Below are positions 22,931-34,985 of a DNA stretch of 64,000 nucleotides, one piece after another. Under the pieces are notes generated by a model. It had not been told where the DNA came from, made no database searches, and saw only the letters and a program-made list of their open reading frames with translations. The stretch is from positions 813,815-877,814 of the forward strand of contig NW_003314333.1 in NCBI RefSeq assembly GCF_000143415.4. Direction: 5' to 3'. Source of the DNA: Selaginella moellendorffii (taxonomy: Eukaryota; Plantae; Lycopodiophyta). Numbering within the stretch: the stretch's first letter is position 1; the number at the start of each line of letters is the position of its first letter. A program made the translations under genes and the position numbers.

Positions 22931-24997
22931 ATGGATCCACAAGAGTTTCGAGCTCAAGCGCACAAGATGGTCGATTTCATCGCGGACTACTATCGGGATG
23001 TGGAGAGCCTTCCTGTGCGCAGCCAAGTTACAGTGAGTATATGATAAAGATCCATTGCCACATTCCAGGTTTGTTTCTTGTAGCCGGGATACTTGCGGAG
23101 TTCTCTTCCATCCAATGCACCCGAGGAGCCCCAAAGCTTTGACACTGTTCTGGACGGTTTGCCTCGAGATTATCCATCCTATGATCCAAGAGTAGAAACA
23201 GCATTGTCGATTCGATTGTTTGGCACACAGATGTGAAGTCAATGATAGTCCCTGGCGTGACGCATTGGCAGAATCCAAACTTTTTTGGTTTCTTCCCATC
23301 CAACAGTAGCACGGCGGGGATGCTGGGTGAGTTTCTCAGCGGCGGATTCAACGTAGATGGAAGCGAGTGGGCGACTTCTCCCGCGGCAACCGAGCTGGAA
23401 ATGCTCGTCCTAAACTGGCTGGGAAAGCTTCTCAATCTTCCAGACGAGTTTCTCTTCAATCGAAGCGGTAAACTCTTCATTTTAATCAGCAGTAGATTAA
23501 CTTGAAGTTTAAATAGGCAATGGTGGTGGAGTGATCCATGCTAGTGCTAGTGAGGCTGTTCTAGTAGCCTTGCTAGCCGCTCGAGGTCGGGCTATTTCAG
23601 AGAACAAAGCCAAAGGTCTGGAAGAACAAGAAATTCTCTCCAAACTTTTGGTCTATACATCGGATCAAACACATCCTTGTCTACACAAGGCATGCGTGGT
23701 AGATAAACTATACATATTTAAATAGTATAATTTCTTATGAAATTGTTATTGCAGATTGTTGGGCTCCCCAAAAGCAACCTTGTGATTCTGCCGACACTTG
23801 CGACGGATGATTATGCTCTTTCACTTCCTATATTAAAATCAGCTGTTCGAAACGGTGTCACGAAAGGTTTCATACCATTTTTCCTTGGAGCAACAGTGCG
23901 TAAGAATTTTCAAGATAATTATTTAATCTAATTAATTTGTATTAAGGTTGGGACTACTTCTTCTTCTGCAATTGATCCATTACCAGCACTGGCTGATATT
24001 GCCAAGGTAAAAATACATTTTCTAATTATTGAATGTTTTATTAATTTCCAAGAGACAGGAATATGGGATGTGGTTCCATGTTGATGCAGCTTATGCTGGT
24101 AATGCTTGCATTTGTCCAGAATTTCGACATTTTTTAAATGGTGTTGAAAATGCCCACTCTTTTAATCTAAGTGCAAATAAGTGGCTTCTTACCAACATTG
24201 ACTGTTCCATACTTTGGCTGAAGGTTTGATCTTTTACAAACGTTACGATCAATTTTTAATATACTCTTACAGGACTCTAAGCAGCTATCTTCGACACTTT
24301 CAACATTAACAAACAAAGAGGTATGAGTTTTTAAATCTACTCTTTTTCATTTATACAATTTCATTTCAGCTAAAAACTAGTTCAATTCAGTCTCGGGTGG
24401 TAAATTTCAAAGATTGGCAAGTTGCTCAAGGAAGACGATTTAGGCAAGTGCGAATATTTTTTTTTTACTTTGACATGGGATACTCTTTTCAGATCTTTAA
24501 AGCTGTGGTTTGTGATGCGCTTGTATGGAGCCTTGGGACTTCGTAACCACATAAGAACTCACATAAACCATGCCAAGCATTTCGAGATCCTTGTGCGAGA
24601 GGACTCTCGCTTTGAGGTATATCTCGTGAGAGTTCTCTAAAATTGTGAGACCATGATCTACGTTTGTGAGTTGCCAGATTTTAGCGCCATGTCGATTTGG
24701 TCTAGTTTGCTTTAGGCTCAAACCAAGTGTAAAACACGAGGATAACGGATGGAAACTGAACAGTTCGCTTTTGGAAGCTATCAACTCCGGGGGAAAGATT
24801 TTCATGACACACACAGTAAGAAGCTCTCAAGCTATAGTGAAATGGGACTATAATCGATTTATCCTCAGGTACTCTCGGGCGTGTATACTTTGAGGATGTC
24901 AATTGGTGGCACGCAGACTAAACGTGAAAATGTTGATGATGCGTGGAAGATAATCCAGGAGGAAGCACAAAACTTGTTAGATCAAGAGATCATTTAA
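22931..24997 (+). CDS. Group II PLP-dependent aromatic L-amino-acid decarboxylase-like protein (TyDC/TDC family), divergent
   Basis: [59 protein letters not shown] (PLP lysine), KDWQ..QGRRFRSLKLW; exons splice in frame, including one GC-AG intron. Confidence 0.9.
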
Positions 24998-25220
24998 TAA
25001 GATATCATTGTGCCTAAAAAACATTTAGGAATAATAATAATTAAATAAGAAAAACCCTAGGCTTTAAAATGGTGAAAATCCTGGCCGTTGGCCAGTGAAA
25101 TAAGCGGCGGATCCATGGGCTACGTGGGAGAAAGGGGCAAGTTATCCATGGAGTTTCAGAAGAGTTCTAGATGTGGTGACCAGGTATTTTTCTCTCTTTT
25201 CCTTTTTATCCGTTTTGGCG

Positions 25221-26710
25221 ATGAACGCAAGGGCATTTTGCGCTCCTCCAGGTACTAGACTCGCCAGGCCGCAGCATTGCTTGAGCAAATGGGCTGTAGA
25301 AAGATCGGGGATCAAGCAGCCAAAGAAAAACTATAACCAGGTTATGCTTCTCACGATCGTCTCCCAAGATCGCCAGGAGCTTTTCGGGACGCAATGCAGA
25401 GAGCCCATCATCAAGAAATCCATCGAGAAGAGGGAATTTTTGCTAGGAAACCATTTGAACTGGAGAACACACATAGCTGCGGTTTTTGCTGGCGCGATTT
25501 TGCTCGCAACACCCGCTCTTGCGGCCGATGCTCTCAAGACGTGCTCCTGTCTTCTGAAAGAATGCCGGTAATTTTATTCTTCCTTTGAGAAAGATGAGTT
25601 TTTTTTTTTTTTTTTCTTCCCCTAGATTGGAGCTCGCTCGATGCATTGCAGATCCTTCGTGCGCTGCCAACGTTGCGTGCTTGCAAACTTGTAACGATCG
25701 ACCTGACGAGACCGAGTGCCAGGTAAGTCTCTAGATTTTGTGTAAAATGTTTTTTGGATTGATCGATCGTTGTGATACTTTCAGATAAAATGCGGAGACA
25801 TTTTCGAGAACAAGGTGGTGGACGAATTCAACGATTGCGCAGTGACCCGCAAGAGCTGCGTCCCGCAGAAGAAAGACGAGGGGCGTTTCCCAGTCCCGCC
25901 ACCCTCGGCACTCGTCCAGAGCTTCGACACCACGAAGTTCACCGGGAAATGGTTCATCTCCAGCGGCCTCAACAGGTCCTTCGATACTTTCGATTGTCAG
26001 CTCCACGAATTCACCGCCGCTCCACAGAGATTGACAGGGAACTTGAGCTGGAGAGTGAACACTCCCGACGGGGGATTCATCACTCGAAAAGCAGTCCAGA
26101 GCTTCCAACAGGACTCCAAGAATCCAGGAGTTCTCTACAACCATGACAACGAGTTTCTACACTACAGGGACGATTGGTAAGTTTCATTCGATCGATCAAA
26201 ACTTAGTTTTTCTTTGGCAATCTCCATAGGTACATTCTTTCGTCCAAGCTGGAGAATCGGGGAGACGACTATGTTTTCGTGTACTACCGAGGATCAAACG
26301 ATGCATGGGACGGATATGGTGGCGCCGTCGTCTACACTCGCAGTAGAACACTGCCGCGCAGCATAGTGCCCGAGCTCCAGCGCGCGGCAGCCAAAGTGGG
26401 CCTGGATTTCGCAAAGTTCTCGAGCACGGACAATTCGTGCGGGCCGGAGCCGCCGCTGCTGGCGCGGATCGAGAAGAAAGTGGAGGAGGGCGAGAGCGTC
26501 CTGGCCGAGGAGGTGCGGGGCATCGGCAGGGCCGAGAAATCGCTGCTGGACAAGATCGAGAGCGGGATCAAGGAGCTGGAGAAGGACGAGGTCAGTTTCC
26601 TCAAGGGATTGAGCGAGGAGGAGAAGGCGCTGCTGGAAACGCTCAAGATGGAGGCCAAGGACGTGGAGAAGCTTTTCGGGGGCGCGGTCCCGGTGAGGAA
26701 ACTCCGCTAG
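25221..26710 (+). CDS. VDE: Violaxanthin de-epoxidase, chloroplast
   Basis: [15 protein letters not shown], Cys-rich domain [25 protein letters not shown], lipocalin [37 protein letters not shown], Glu-rich tail. Start codon uncertain. Confidence 0.93.
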
Positions 26711-27708
26711 CCAGGAGCACTAAAACTTTAAAACACGCGAATATTCACAAGCATGCTAGCTTGGGGCTGTCGTGTACAGCCACGTGTCGCTAGACTGACA
26801 CGTCGGTCAGCGGCATGGGCCCCAGCTGTCGGTTTCCGGCCGGCCACCAACCGCGGCATGCGACTGAAATCCTTGTCGGACGCTCGCCGCGGCGCTTCCG
26901 GCATGGTGAAAAACTGGCGGTGAAAAAACGAGCCGTGCATGCGGATGCGGTAAAGTAAAAAACCGGGAGTCCTGCCACGTCGGCGTGGACGAAGCATATT
27001 CCAGGCTCTGTCACACAGGCTGGAAATGAGATGGCTCTCCTCGTCTATCCACTTGGTTTGAGCTGATTCGATCCACGATATGGGCTCTTCTATTCCAATC
27101 CTCGCGGCGATTTGGGGCTAATTGGGCCGCGAAATCGAGCAAAGATCTGGGCTTTGCGCTCTCGTGCTCCCCCAAATTCCCCAATTTCTCAAGCTAAAAT
27201 GTGGGTTCTGGGTCTGGGCTCTAAATTTCTCTCTCTTTCTTTTCTTTCCATTTCTTTTCTTTCGCTTTGATCATTGACAGTTTGGTGTGTCTTGTTATGG
27301 AATGGTAGTAGCATCAGGTGGGATCTCTGGATCGAAAGCGCCATAGCCACCATCTTAAGCTAAGCTAAAGATCGAGGAGCTCTTTTGCTGGGAAGGCTCC
27401 AAGAGACAAAGCTTTTAAGTGTTTTTTCTCCTCTTTTGTGTTTTTGTGCTGCTATGGTGTTTGGAGAGGCACAAGAGATCAGGAGGGTAATAGCACAGCA
27501 TAGCAGCAGACAAGCCTTTGATTCTTTTGTTCTGTCCCCAAAATATCCCATCCTCTCTCTCCAGCTGTGATCTTCTTCCCAAATTCCTCCGAGTTGAATT
27601 CTTCCCATTCTGATTCTCACTCCTCGCTAGTCGATCTCGGCGAGAATTCCCTTTGTTGGTCTGGATCAATCACACAGGGACAGTGAGATCTTTTCGCGAA
27701 TGCAAGCA

Positions 27709-29222
27709 ATGCTGCCTTGTATTGCTTGCAAGCGGCATGCGATTGAGGACGATGACGAAGACGAGGACGAGGACGATTACACTGGAGGCCGAAACAACAC
27801 AATTACAAAGGCCGAGGTCAAGTCCTTGTCTTCACAGGTCAGTAGTTCTTAGCTGGTGTTCTTCCTTCTTTTCTAGTCTCTCCATAGCTCTAGAGCTCTA
27901 GAACTTTCATTGTCTCTAGGAATCATGCTAGGAGATATAGTTGTAAGTACTTACAGTCTACAGACTGTGTGCTTCCTTTTTTTTTGTTCTAGCTGGAGAG
28001 TGCTTTGATTTGCTTTGCTTGCTTGTTTGTTTGTCCCTTGTAGCAGCAGCAACGCGTGTTATGAAATCAATGGCTGTTTTTATGACAAAGAGGTACCGAC
28101 AGGATTCCATTGTTTGCGTTCCAGATCCAGCATAACTTCCAGCTTAAGCAGCTCTAATCATCTTTTTTTCTCTTTCTTTCTCGTGTTCTTGATGGTTTGT
28201 CTTTGATCGTTTGGCAGCTCAAAGACGTGGTTTTGAAGGTCTCGGCAGCTTACAGGCAATGCAGGCCATGCGCTGGATCAAAGGGGAAAACTTTCGAGCA
28301 CGAATTCGTGATTGGAAACTCGGATGCTTCGTCGTCCGAGGATCAGTGGATCCAAAAGTCTGGGATTCTCAAGAAGGAGAATTATCCCAGCAGTGCTGCG
28401 AGCTCCATCTCTGAGGGCGCAGTCTCGGTGAAACAGGACGAGCAATCCAGTAGTAAAGTTTCACCGAGTAGTCAAGCGAGTAGCAACAGCAGCAGTGGAT
28501 CCGCGGCGAAGAATTCTTCTTCCAAACAAGATCATCGTGACCAACATAACGAGAGGAACTGCGAGGAGACGAGCCAGGAATGGGTGGCACAAGTCGAGCC
28601 TGGCGTTCTTATAACTTTCATAGCAATGCCCAACGGAGAGAATGAGCTCAAGAGAATTCGATTCAGGTGAGCTTGGTTTTCTTCTAAGCTTTGCAATTCT
28701 TCCGCTTTATTTCTTTCTCAGTCGCGAGCTTTTTAACAAATGGCAAGCTGAAGCATGGTGGGCCGAGAACTGTGAGCGTGTTCACGAGCTCTACAACGTC
28801 TCTGGAAACGATCACTCGTTTCCAAACAGCCAGAAAGATCAAGTAACTTCAGAAGTTTCTTATTTCTCTGTTCTTGCTTGAGTCCATCTCTGGAAACAAA
28901 ACTTACTTTTCTTGTTGGATCACTCCAGGTGGAAGCACAAACTTCGCAGCAAAATCACGCGGAAGTGACAAAATCCAACACCACGAGTGACGAACTGACC
29001 GAATGGGTCGAAGAAGACGAGCCCGGGGTTTATATCACTGTGAAGCTCGGCCCAAATGGCAACCGAGAATTAAAGCGTGTAAGATTCAGGTACGAGTTCA
29101 CAGAAAAATTCGATTTTTTTCCTTCAATTTTCCTGTTTTCCAGTCGCGAGAAGTTTAGCGAGAGGCAAGCAAAGCTATGGTGGGAGAGGAATCGCTTTAG
29201 AATACATGACAATTATTTGTAA
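27709..29222 (+). CDS. BREVIS RADIX-like (BRX) protein
   Basis: MLPCIACK N-terminus, KSLSSQ-LKDVVLKVS, two BRX domains (EWVAQVEPGVLITF...LKRIRFSRELF; EWVEEDEPGVYIT...LKRVRFSREKF). Confidence 0.92.
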
Positions 29223-30039
29223 CGTCAATTATTTGAGCTTTACATTGTTAGAGCTTCAATTATTTGTAACCTTTTAGGTCGTAGCTGGATATAAAAAGTA
29301 GCATAGATTGATTTGGGAATTCATGTGTGTGCAAGTACTGGAACAAGGTCATCTCTTCAAGCAGATTTCGCAGTTTTTACAACACGATCGCAAAAAGTGG
29401 TTCATCACGGTTACAAAAGACGGCTCGCCGGACCTGTGCGGCTGGCACCTGATTCGACACGAGCTCGTGCCCAGCTCTGTCAAATACATGGTGCTCAAGC
29501 TTTCAATAACTAGGTCAGGAAATGGGAGGTTGGCGCTGGTTGATAGAGAGGATGGTGAGACGCTGGCACTGGTGTCTTGTCCGCGAGTGCTGGATTGCGA
29601 TGGCATGGTTGGAATGTTTGTATCGGATGGAATGCTGCTGGTTGTCGGGGTTGACAAGCGGGAGAGGCGTCACGGTTTGGAGGCTACGCGAATTGGATGT
29701 CTACTCAGATCCAGTGCCAGTGTTGGAATGGGAGGACGAGGGATTGGAGCGAGGTTGTGGACAGCAGCTCCGTTCGGTATAGCCAATGGGCATGGAGGAC
29801 TTGTATGAATAGGACTGTCATAAGGCGCTTCCTTGGTGACCAAGTACTAGTTTGTAAGCTAAGAAAAAACTGTCTATGGTCTCATGCAAACATTGAGGCA
29901 ATGGTATCGTTACATCGATGAGTTCCTTTAGGAGAAGGGTCCATCAGATTGCATCAAAAGGAAAAAGGTGGCCGCTTTTAGTGATTCTTCCTGAAATTTT
30001 GCATACAATTGGAAGAGATCCTTTATCCGGGCTGGCAGT

Positions 30040-30235
30040 GACGTTGCAGATATCACGATCTGGTCATCTCTCGCTGGTAATCTTAGAAGTTAAACTTTGA
30101 GGCATTTTCTTTTTCAATTTTAGAGTATGTCTTTCACTTGTATGGCTCTACTCCACGATCTAGCTTCCAAGTACTCTGTTGAAGTGAAGTCAGTAGAGCT
30201 CCAAAAGCCGACGCCCAGACAGTAGAAAGGCCTCA
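30040..30235 (+). pseudogene. Degraded fragment of the glutamyl-tRNA synthetase gene
   Basis: gatatcacgatctggtcatctctcgctggtaatctt is identical to 35455-35490; following sequence is a deletion-riddled version of 35560-35770. Confidence 0.8.
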
Positions 30236-32501
30236 AGCACCGTAGAAAGGCTGCCTCTCAACCTCAAGCCAACAGAAGACTTGAAGTACCTTTGTCACAA
30301 GGAATTTGACTGCTGCAAATCTAGTAGCATCTTCAAGAAACGATATAAAGTAACTCTTTTTCTTGCGTGTGATCTAGACCTGAAACGGTCCACAAATATC
30401 AGAGTGCACTAGCCCCAAATTTTGAGTGCAAGGGAGCTAGATCCATTGCTTACACGGCTCACAAAGGGACATCTTCGAAGATTTAATGTGCAAACCATCT
30501 ACCACTTGAGCTCATGACATCCCTCCAATGGTTTGCTTATTCACATGGCCCCATCACCAGTGCTAAGTCAGGAGATCGGCACTTCCCCCGAACAGCTGCA
30601 CAGACTATCACCATCACCTGGTTCTGGATCTTTAACCAAGCAGTCCAATCTGGCCAACTTTCATCAGCCAAGCCACGGATGATTGATATCCACTTCAGTG
30701 CTTGAGAAAAGTAGCACAAGATCCTGTTCCACCATCTGGCTGATGGAAATGCAGAGGAATGTACCATATACCACGTCCTTGCCATCTGAAAGTTTAGTTT
30801 GGAGATTTGTTGCCGCACAATCCAACCACAAGGTGTATGGCACACTTTGGATGTCCAAAATGTGTCAGGTTTGCACTTTGCAGTTCAATAAGCGATAAGA
30901 GTTTTCTTTGCATCTTGATTGTCATCTTCTTATCAACAGTCTTGATTTAGCCCAATTTGGTAGTATACGAAGCCAACCACCAATCACTGGATCTACTAGT
31001 GTGGTTAAATATAATGATATGGCACTGAGATGGGCATTGATGTGGTTTAACTCATATAACTAGCTAATTTTAAGACCACTATAGGTAACCAATACAAATA
31101 GATTAACAAGAAGTTTTATTAGTGTAATGGCATAATAAAATGGAGAATGAGCAATCTAAAAAGTGAATGAGTTATCAATCTTTAACATGAATGCATTCTT
31201 TCTCTTTCTCAGCTTTCAAAAAATCTTGATGTAGAGATGAAAAAAGAGGGAAAGCCATTGAAAGTTGGTGTTACCAAAAAAGCAAGGGCTGAAAAAGATA
31301 ATAAAAAATTATTTTTTATTGTAATAAAAAGGGAGTTTCATTGTCAAGAGTTTCTTGTCAAAAGAAGGAAAGACAACGAAATTGCTAATAATAAATAAAA
31401 AAAGGGAAAAAATGGATTTGTGTTGAGCATTTTAAATATAAAATTCTCAAAATCCTAGGGGATCTGGAAATTAATTTAATTAGCCCTAGTTAATCTATAA
31501 ATTTAATCTGGATATAAGTCCATGCTAATTCACGTGCCACAACTTGAGAGTTGGGATAGTTAAAGTTAAACATCTTTAGGTTTAGGAAGTTTAAATTCAA
31601 GAATTTACACTTATTCACATATATAATAAATCTTGAATGAACAAAGGTTTTCTTGAAGTTCAAATTCATAAGTTTACACCTATCTATATGTATAGTAAGT
31701 TTTGAGTTTAACTATGACTAATAATAGTGAATACATTCCTCAGTAAAACAAAAAAATGACAAATATATAATATTCATAAAAAATTTATCAACCTCCAACA
31801 TAAGGTGTCAACCTTTAATAGAAGCTTCAAACCATATATGCTGGTAAATTTGTATTTCAACTTTGATTTCATAATATTTATATTTGTTTTCATTTTAGAA
31901 TGGTATATCTAGACTTCAAAAAAGATACCATTGCCTGCTACAACAAATGGAAAGTAGAGTTTACAAAGCATAATAAGATCAAAGCTATCAACAAGAATGA
32001 TTGGTACAAGTAGTACAAAATTATTAATAACTTCATATTAATAAAGGTTAATGCATGTAAAGAGATTCATGGAGGTGTGAATAAGACTTACCACATAAGT
32101 ACAACTAAATAACTAAGCAAACAAAAATAATAGTAAATAGTTGAATATATTTGAATTTTTAGGATTTAATAGTTGTTATTCATTTAGATTAATCTTGTGT
32201 ATGTTTATAATTATTGATCCATTGGATTAATAAATAATAATATTATTAAGGAAACCAAAATATTGTAAATTTTAAGTGGTTTTATTATTTTCAACTATAG
32301 AGAAAACAGCCGTTAGGAATTAGGAATTGTGATGGCAAAATAGGAGGCAGTGTATGATTGCTGTCATGGCAATTGCTTTAGCAAAATGGTTAGGCAAGTG
32401 TTTTGGTTCTGGAGTTATCTTTGATAAGACTTTTTTTAGGCTTCTTCGTACAAGTTGAAGTCGCATTGCTCGCCATGCTCAGCTTTTTCATCTTTGTCAC
32501 A

Positions 32502-32970
32502 TCAGAACACATGTGACCTGGCCATCACGACCAACCAGCAATTTCTAGTACTAGACCAGCTCCCCATCAATTGTTGTTGAATGTGTGTGTCAAGAAGCTG
32601 CAAGTGAGAGCAGATTGCCGTAGATGACATGCCCTTGAACAAGACTGCATTGAATTCTGGATCAGCAACTCCTTGACTTAGAGTCAAGGAGGTGAATCTG
32701 CAGGGCTTTCGGGTGATAAATTTCTGAATGGGTTCTCCAAGATCTTGCATGAGGCTGTAAAATTCACTGTGCCGAATGATGATATCGGTGTCCTATGTTG
32801 CATAGGCTCCCATAACCTGGTTCACATGACTGCGCCAGATTGCATGTTATCGATGTGAACACTGTAGAGCGCGAGCGTTTAGATCTAGCCAGGTAGTTTC
32901 CTTTGCCCAGAAACTATGGGCCACAATCCCCATCGCATCAATGAGCACGTTCTCCGAAATTGTCGCCATT
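32502..32970 (-). pseudogene. Possible degraded O-methyltransferase fragment
   Basis: DPEFNAVLFKGMSST resembles the plant OMT helix DPEFN..FN..M...S; frames are interrupted and no SAM-binding motif is seen. Confidence 0.3.
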
Positions 32971-33452
32971 AAACACCTCCATCTCTCGAAGGAATTTCAT
33001 ATACTCGTCGGACTGAACCACAAGGACCATTAACCTAGATATGATAAACATAAGACAAGAATGAAGATCCTGTTACCAGACCTATCTATCTCTCTGAAGA
33101 CTGAGAAAAACTAAGATGGAATGGAAGAAGCACCAACCAGAGGACGTCCAAACTAGACACCGGTGCAAGGGTCATCAACAAGAAGGCTGTTTGACTCGGC
33201 AGTTCTTAGCTCTACATTTTCGTGTCCCATCTTTCTCCAATAAGCACATTTAGTCCAGCAATCCTTCATGAAGCTGAACCTTTGTTCTCCAGGTTGCGAA
33301 GTTTTCTCGTGTAAATTTGTGAAACAATTTCTCCCATTCACGTCCCAGTTTGTGGCTGATGTGGAGAAATTGCTCCACAAATTTAGAAAACTTTGCAACC
33401 TGGAGAATGTAGAAGGTCCAGCTCATCCTAATGTGCTGGGTCTCCAGCCAGC

Positions 33453-33916
33453 NNNNNNNNNNNNNNNNNNNNNNNNNNNNNNNNNNNNNNNNNNNNNNNN
33501 NNNNNNNNNNNNNNNNNNNNNNNNNNNNNNNNNNNNNNNNNNNNNNNNNNNNNNNNNNNNNNNNNNNNNNNNNNNNNNNNNNNNNNNNNNNNNNNNNNNN
33601 NNNNNNNNNNNNNNNNNNNNNNNNNNNNNNNNNNNNNNNNNNNNNNNNNNNNNNNNNNNNNNNNNNNNNNNNNNNNNNNNNNNNNNNNNNNNNNNNNNNN
33701 NNNNNNNNNNNNNNNNNNNNNNNNNNNNNNNNNNNNNNNNNNNNNNNNNNNNNNNNNNNNNNNNNNNNNNNNNNNNNNNNNNNNNNNNNNNNNNNNNNNN
33801 NNNNNNNNNNNNNNNNNNNNNNNNNNNNNNNNNNNNNNNNNNNNNNNNNNNNNNNNNNNNNNNNNNNNNNNNNNNNNNNNNNNNNNNNNNNNNNNNNNNN
33901 NNNNNNNNNNNNNNNN
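33453..33916. other. Assembly gap (N run); further 100-N gaps at 56483-56582 and 57580-57679
   Basis: Runs of n in the sequence. Confidence 1.
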
Positions 33917-34275
33917 AAACTAGGAGTCCCTGGTCTAGGTGATTGCTGCAAAAGCAGCCAATGGCAAGATCGTCCTCACACAAAAGTTTCTGTCTCTCAG
34001 GATGCAGCCAACAGACATATGCCAAGGCATTCCTCCTCTACTCAGTTTCCCCTGAACTACAACTGTCTTCCAGGCTAGTCCAGTCTTCATGGAACAAAGG
34101 AGAGCACCAAGTGAAGATAGTTTTAGTTCAAGAGAAACCGAGTAGAGGAGAAATGCCATGGTATAATGCCATCATGTTCTGTTGGCTGTATCACGAGAGA
34201 CAGAAACTTTTGTGTGAGGATGATTTTGCCATTGGCTGCTTTTGCAGCAAATACCTAGACCAGGGACTCTCAGTT
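33917..34275. repeat. Long imperfect inverted repeat (arms about 150 bp), hairpin-RNA/MIRNA-like
   Basis: gagtccctggtctaggt...tcctcacacaaaagtttctgtctctc pairs with gagagacagaaacttttgtgtgagga...acctagaccagggactc. Confidence 0.85.
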
Positions 34276-34375
34276 CTCGTTAGCGTTCTTGGAGAGGTCC
34301 AGCAGGTGGATGAACTTGTTGCCCCAAGTCCCAAGCCGATCACAGAAAGAGCCCTTCTATTCTTGGTGTTCCACA

Positions 34376-34438
34376 AATGAAGTAGCTACCGAGCCATGTA
34401 AGATTTGACTACAACCATGGCTCGGTAGCTACTTCATT
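34376..34438. repeat. Perfect 23-bp stem hairpin with 17-nt loop
   Basis: aatgaagtagctaccgagccatg / catggctcggtagctacttcatt. Confidence 0.9.
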
Positions 34439-34589
34439 GCGTTTGGGTGGTTATATACATGACTCTTGACGGTTGGCTGATGTGGCTAGTGACGTGGACC
34501 TGTAGTGTTGCTTTTTTTTTTTTTTTTTTTTCTCTCTTCGAACTGTTTTCTATTTCTTTTTTCTCTGTGTTCTCTCTCTTCTAACCCGC

Positions 34590-34930
34590 CTTTGCTTTCT
34601 TTCTCGTGTTCTTGATGGTTTGTCTGTCTTAGCTCAAAGACGTGGTTTCGAAGGTCTCGGGGCTTAGTACAGGCAATGCAGGCCATGCGCTGGATCAAAT
34701 GGGAAGACTTTCGAGCGATTGGATGCTGAGGATCAATGGATCCACAAGCCTGGAATGCTCGTGAAGGAGAATTATCCGAGCAGTGCTGACGATCAATCCA
34801 TCACCGAGTAGTCTAAGCTTCGCAAATCTTCGTGTCGGGCCGAGAACTGTGAGGACGTATCAATCCACCCGGAAAGATCAAGTAGCTTCAGAGGTTTCTT
34901 TTTTTCTTTTTTCTCTCTTGCTGGATTGCA
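34590..34930 (+). pseudogene. Degraded duplicate of the BRX-like gene
   Basis: Matches 28170-28930 (ctcaaagacgtggttt, aggcaatgcaggccatgcgctggatcaaa, ggagaattatcc, gggccgagaactgtgag) with many internal deletions. Confidence 0.85.
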
Positions 34931-34985
34931 CTCCTCGATAATTCTCTAGGGTTTTAAGGATTAGGTCTAGGTAGAAAGCGAGCAA

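Noticed and set aside
25221-26710. VDE as a member of a BURP biosynthetic cluster
   Set aside because: It is a conserved photoprotection enzyme and its duplicate decayed, so it is most likely a passenger in the duplication.
29308-29808. 166-aa ORF downstream of BRX
   Set aside because: Non-ATG start and no family I can recognise; left uncalled.
30514-30900. Possible C-terminal half of an O-methyltransferase (LKWI-like motif)
   Set aside because: Similarity too weak and no SAM-binding glycine motif visible.
33250-34078. Long ORFs of 200-233 aa
   Set aside because: Artefacts of translating through the N gap.
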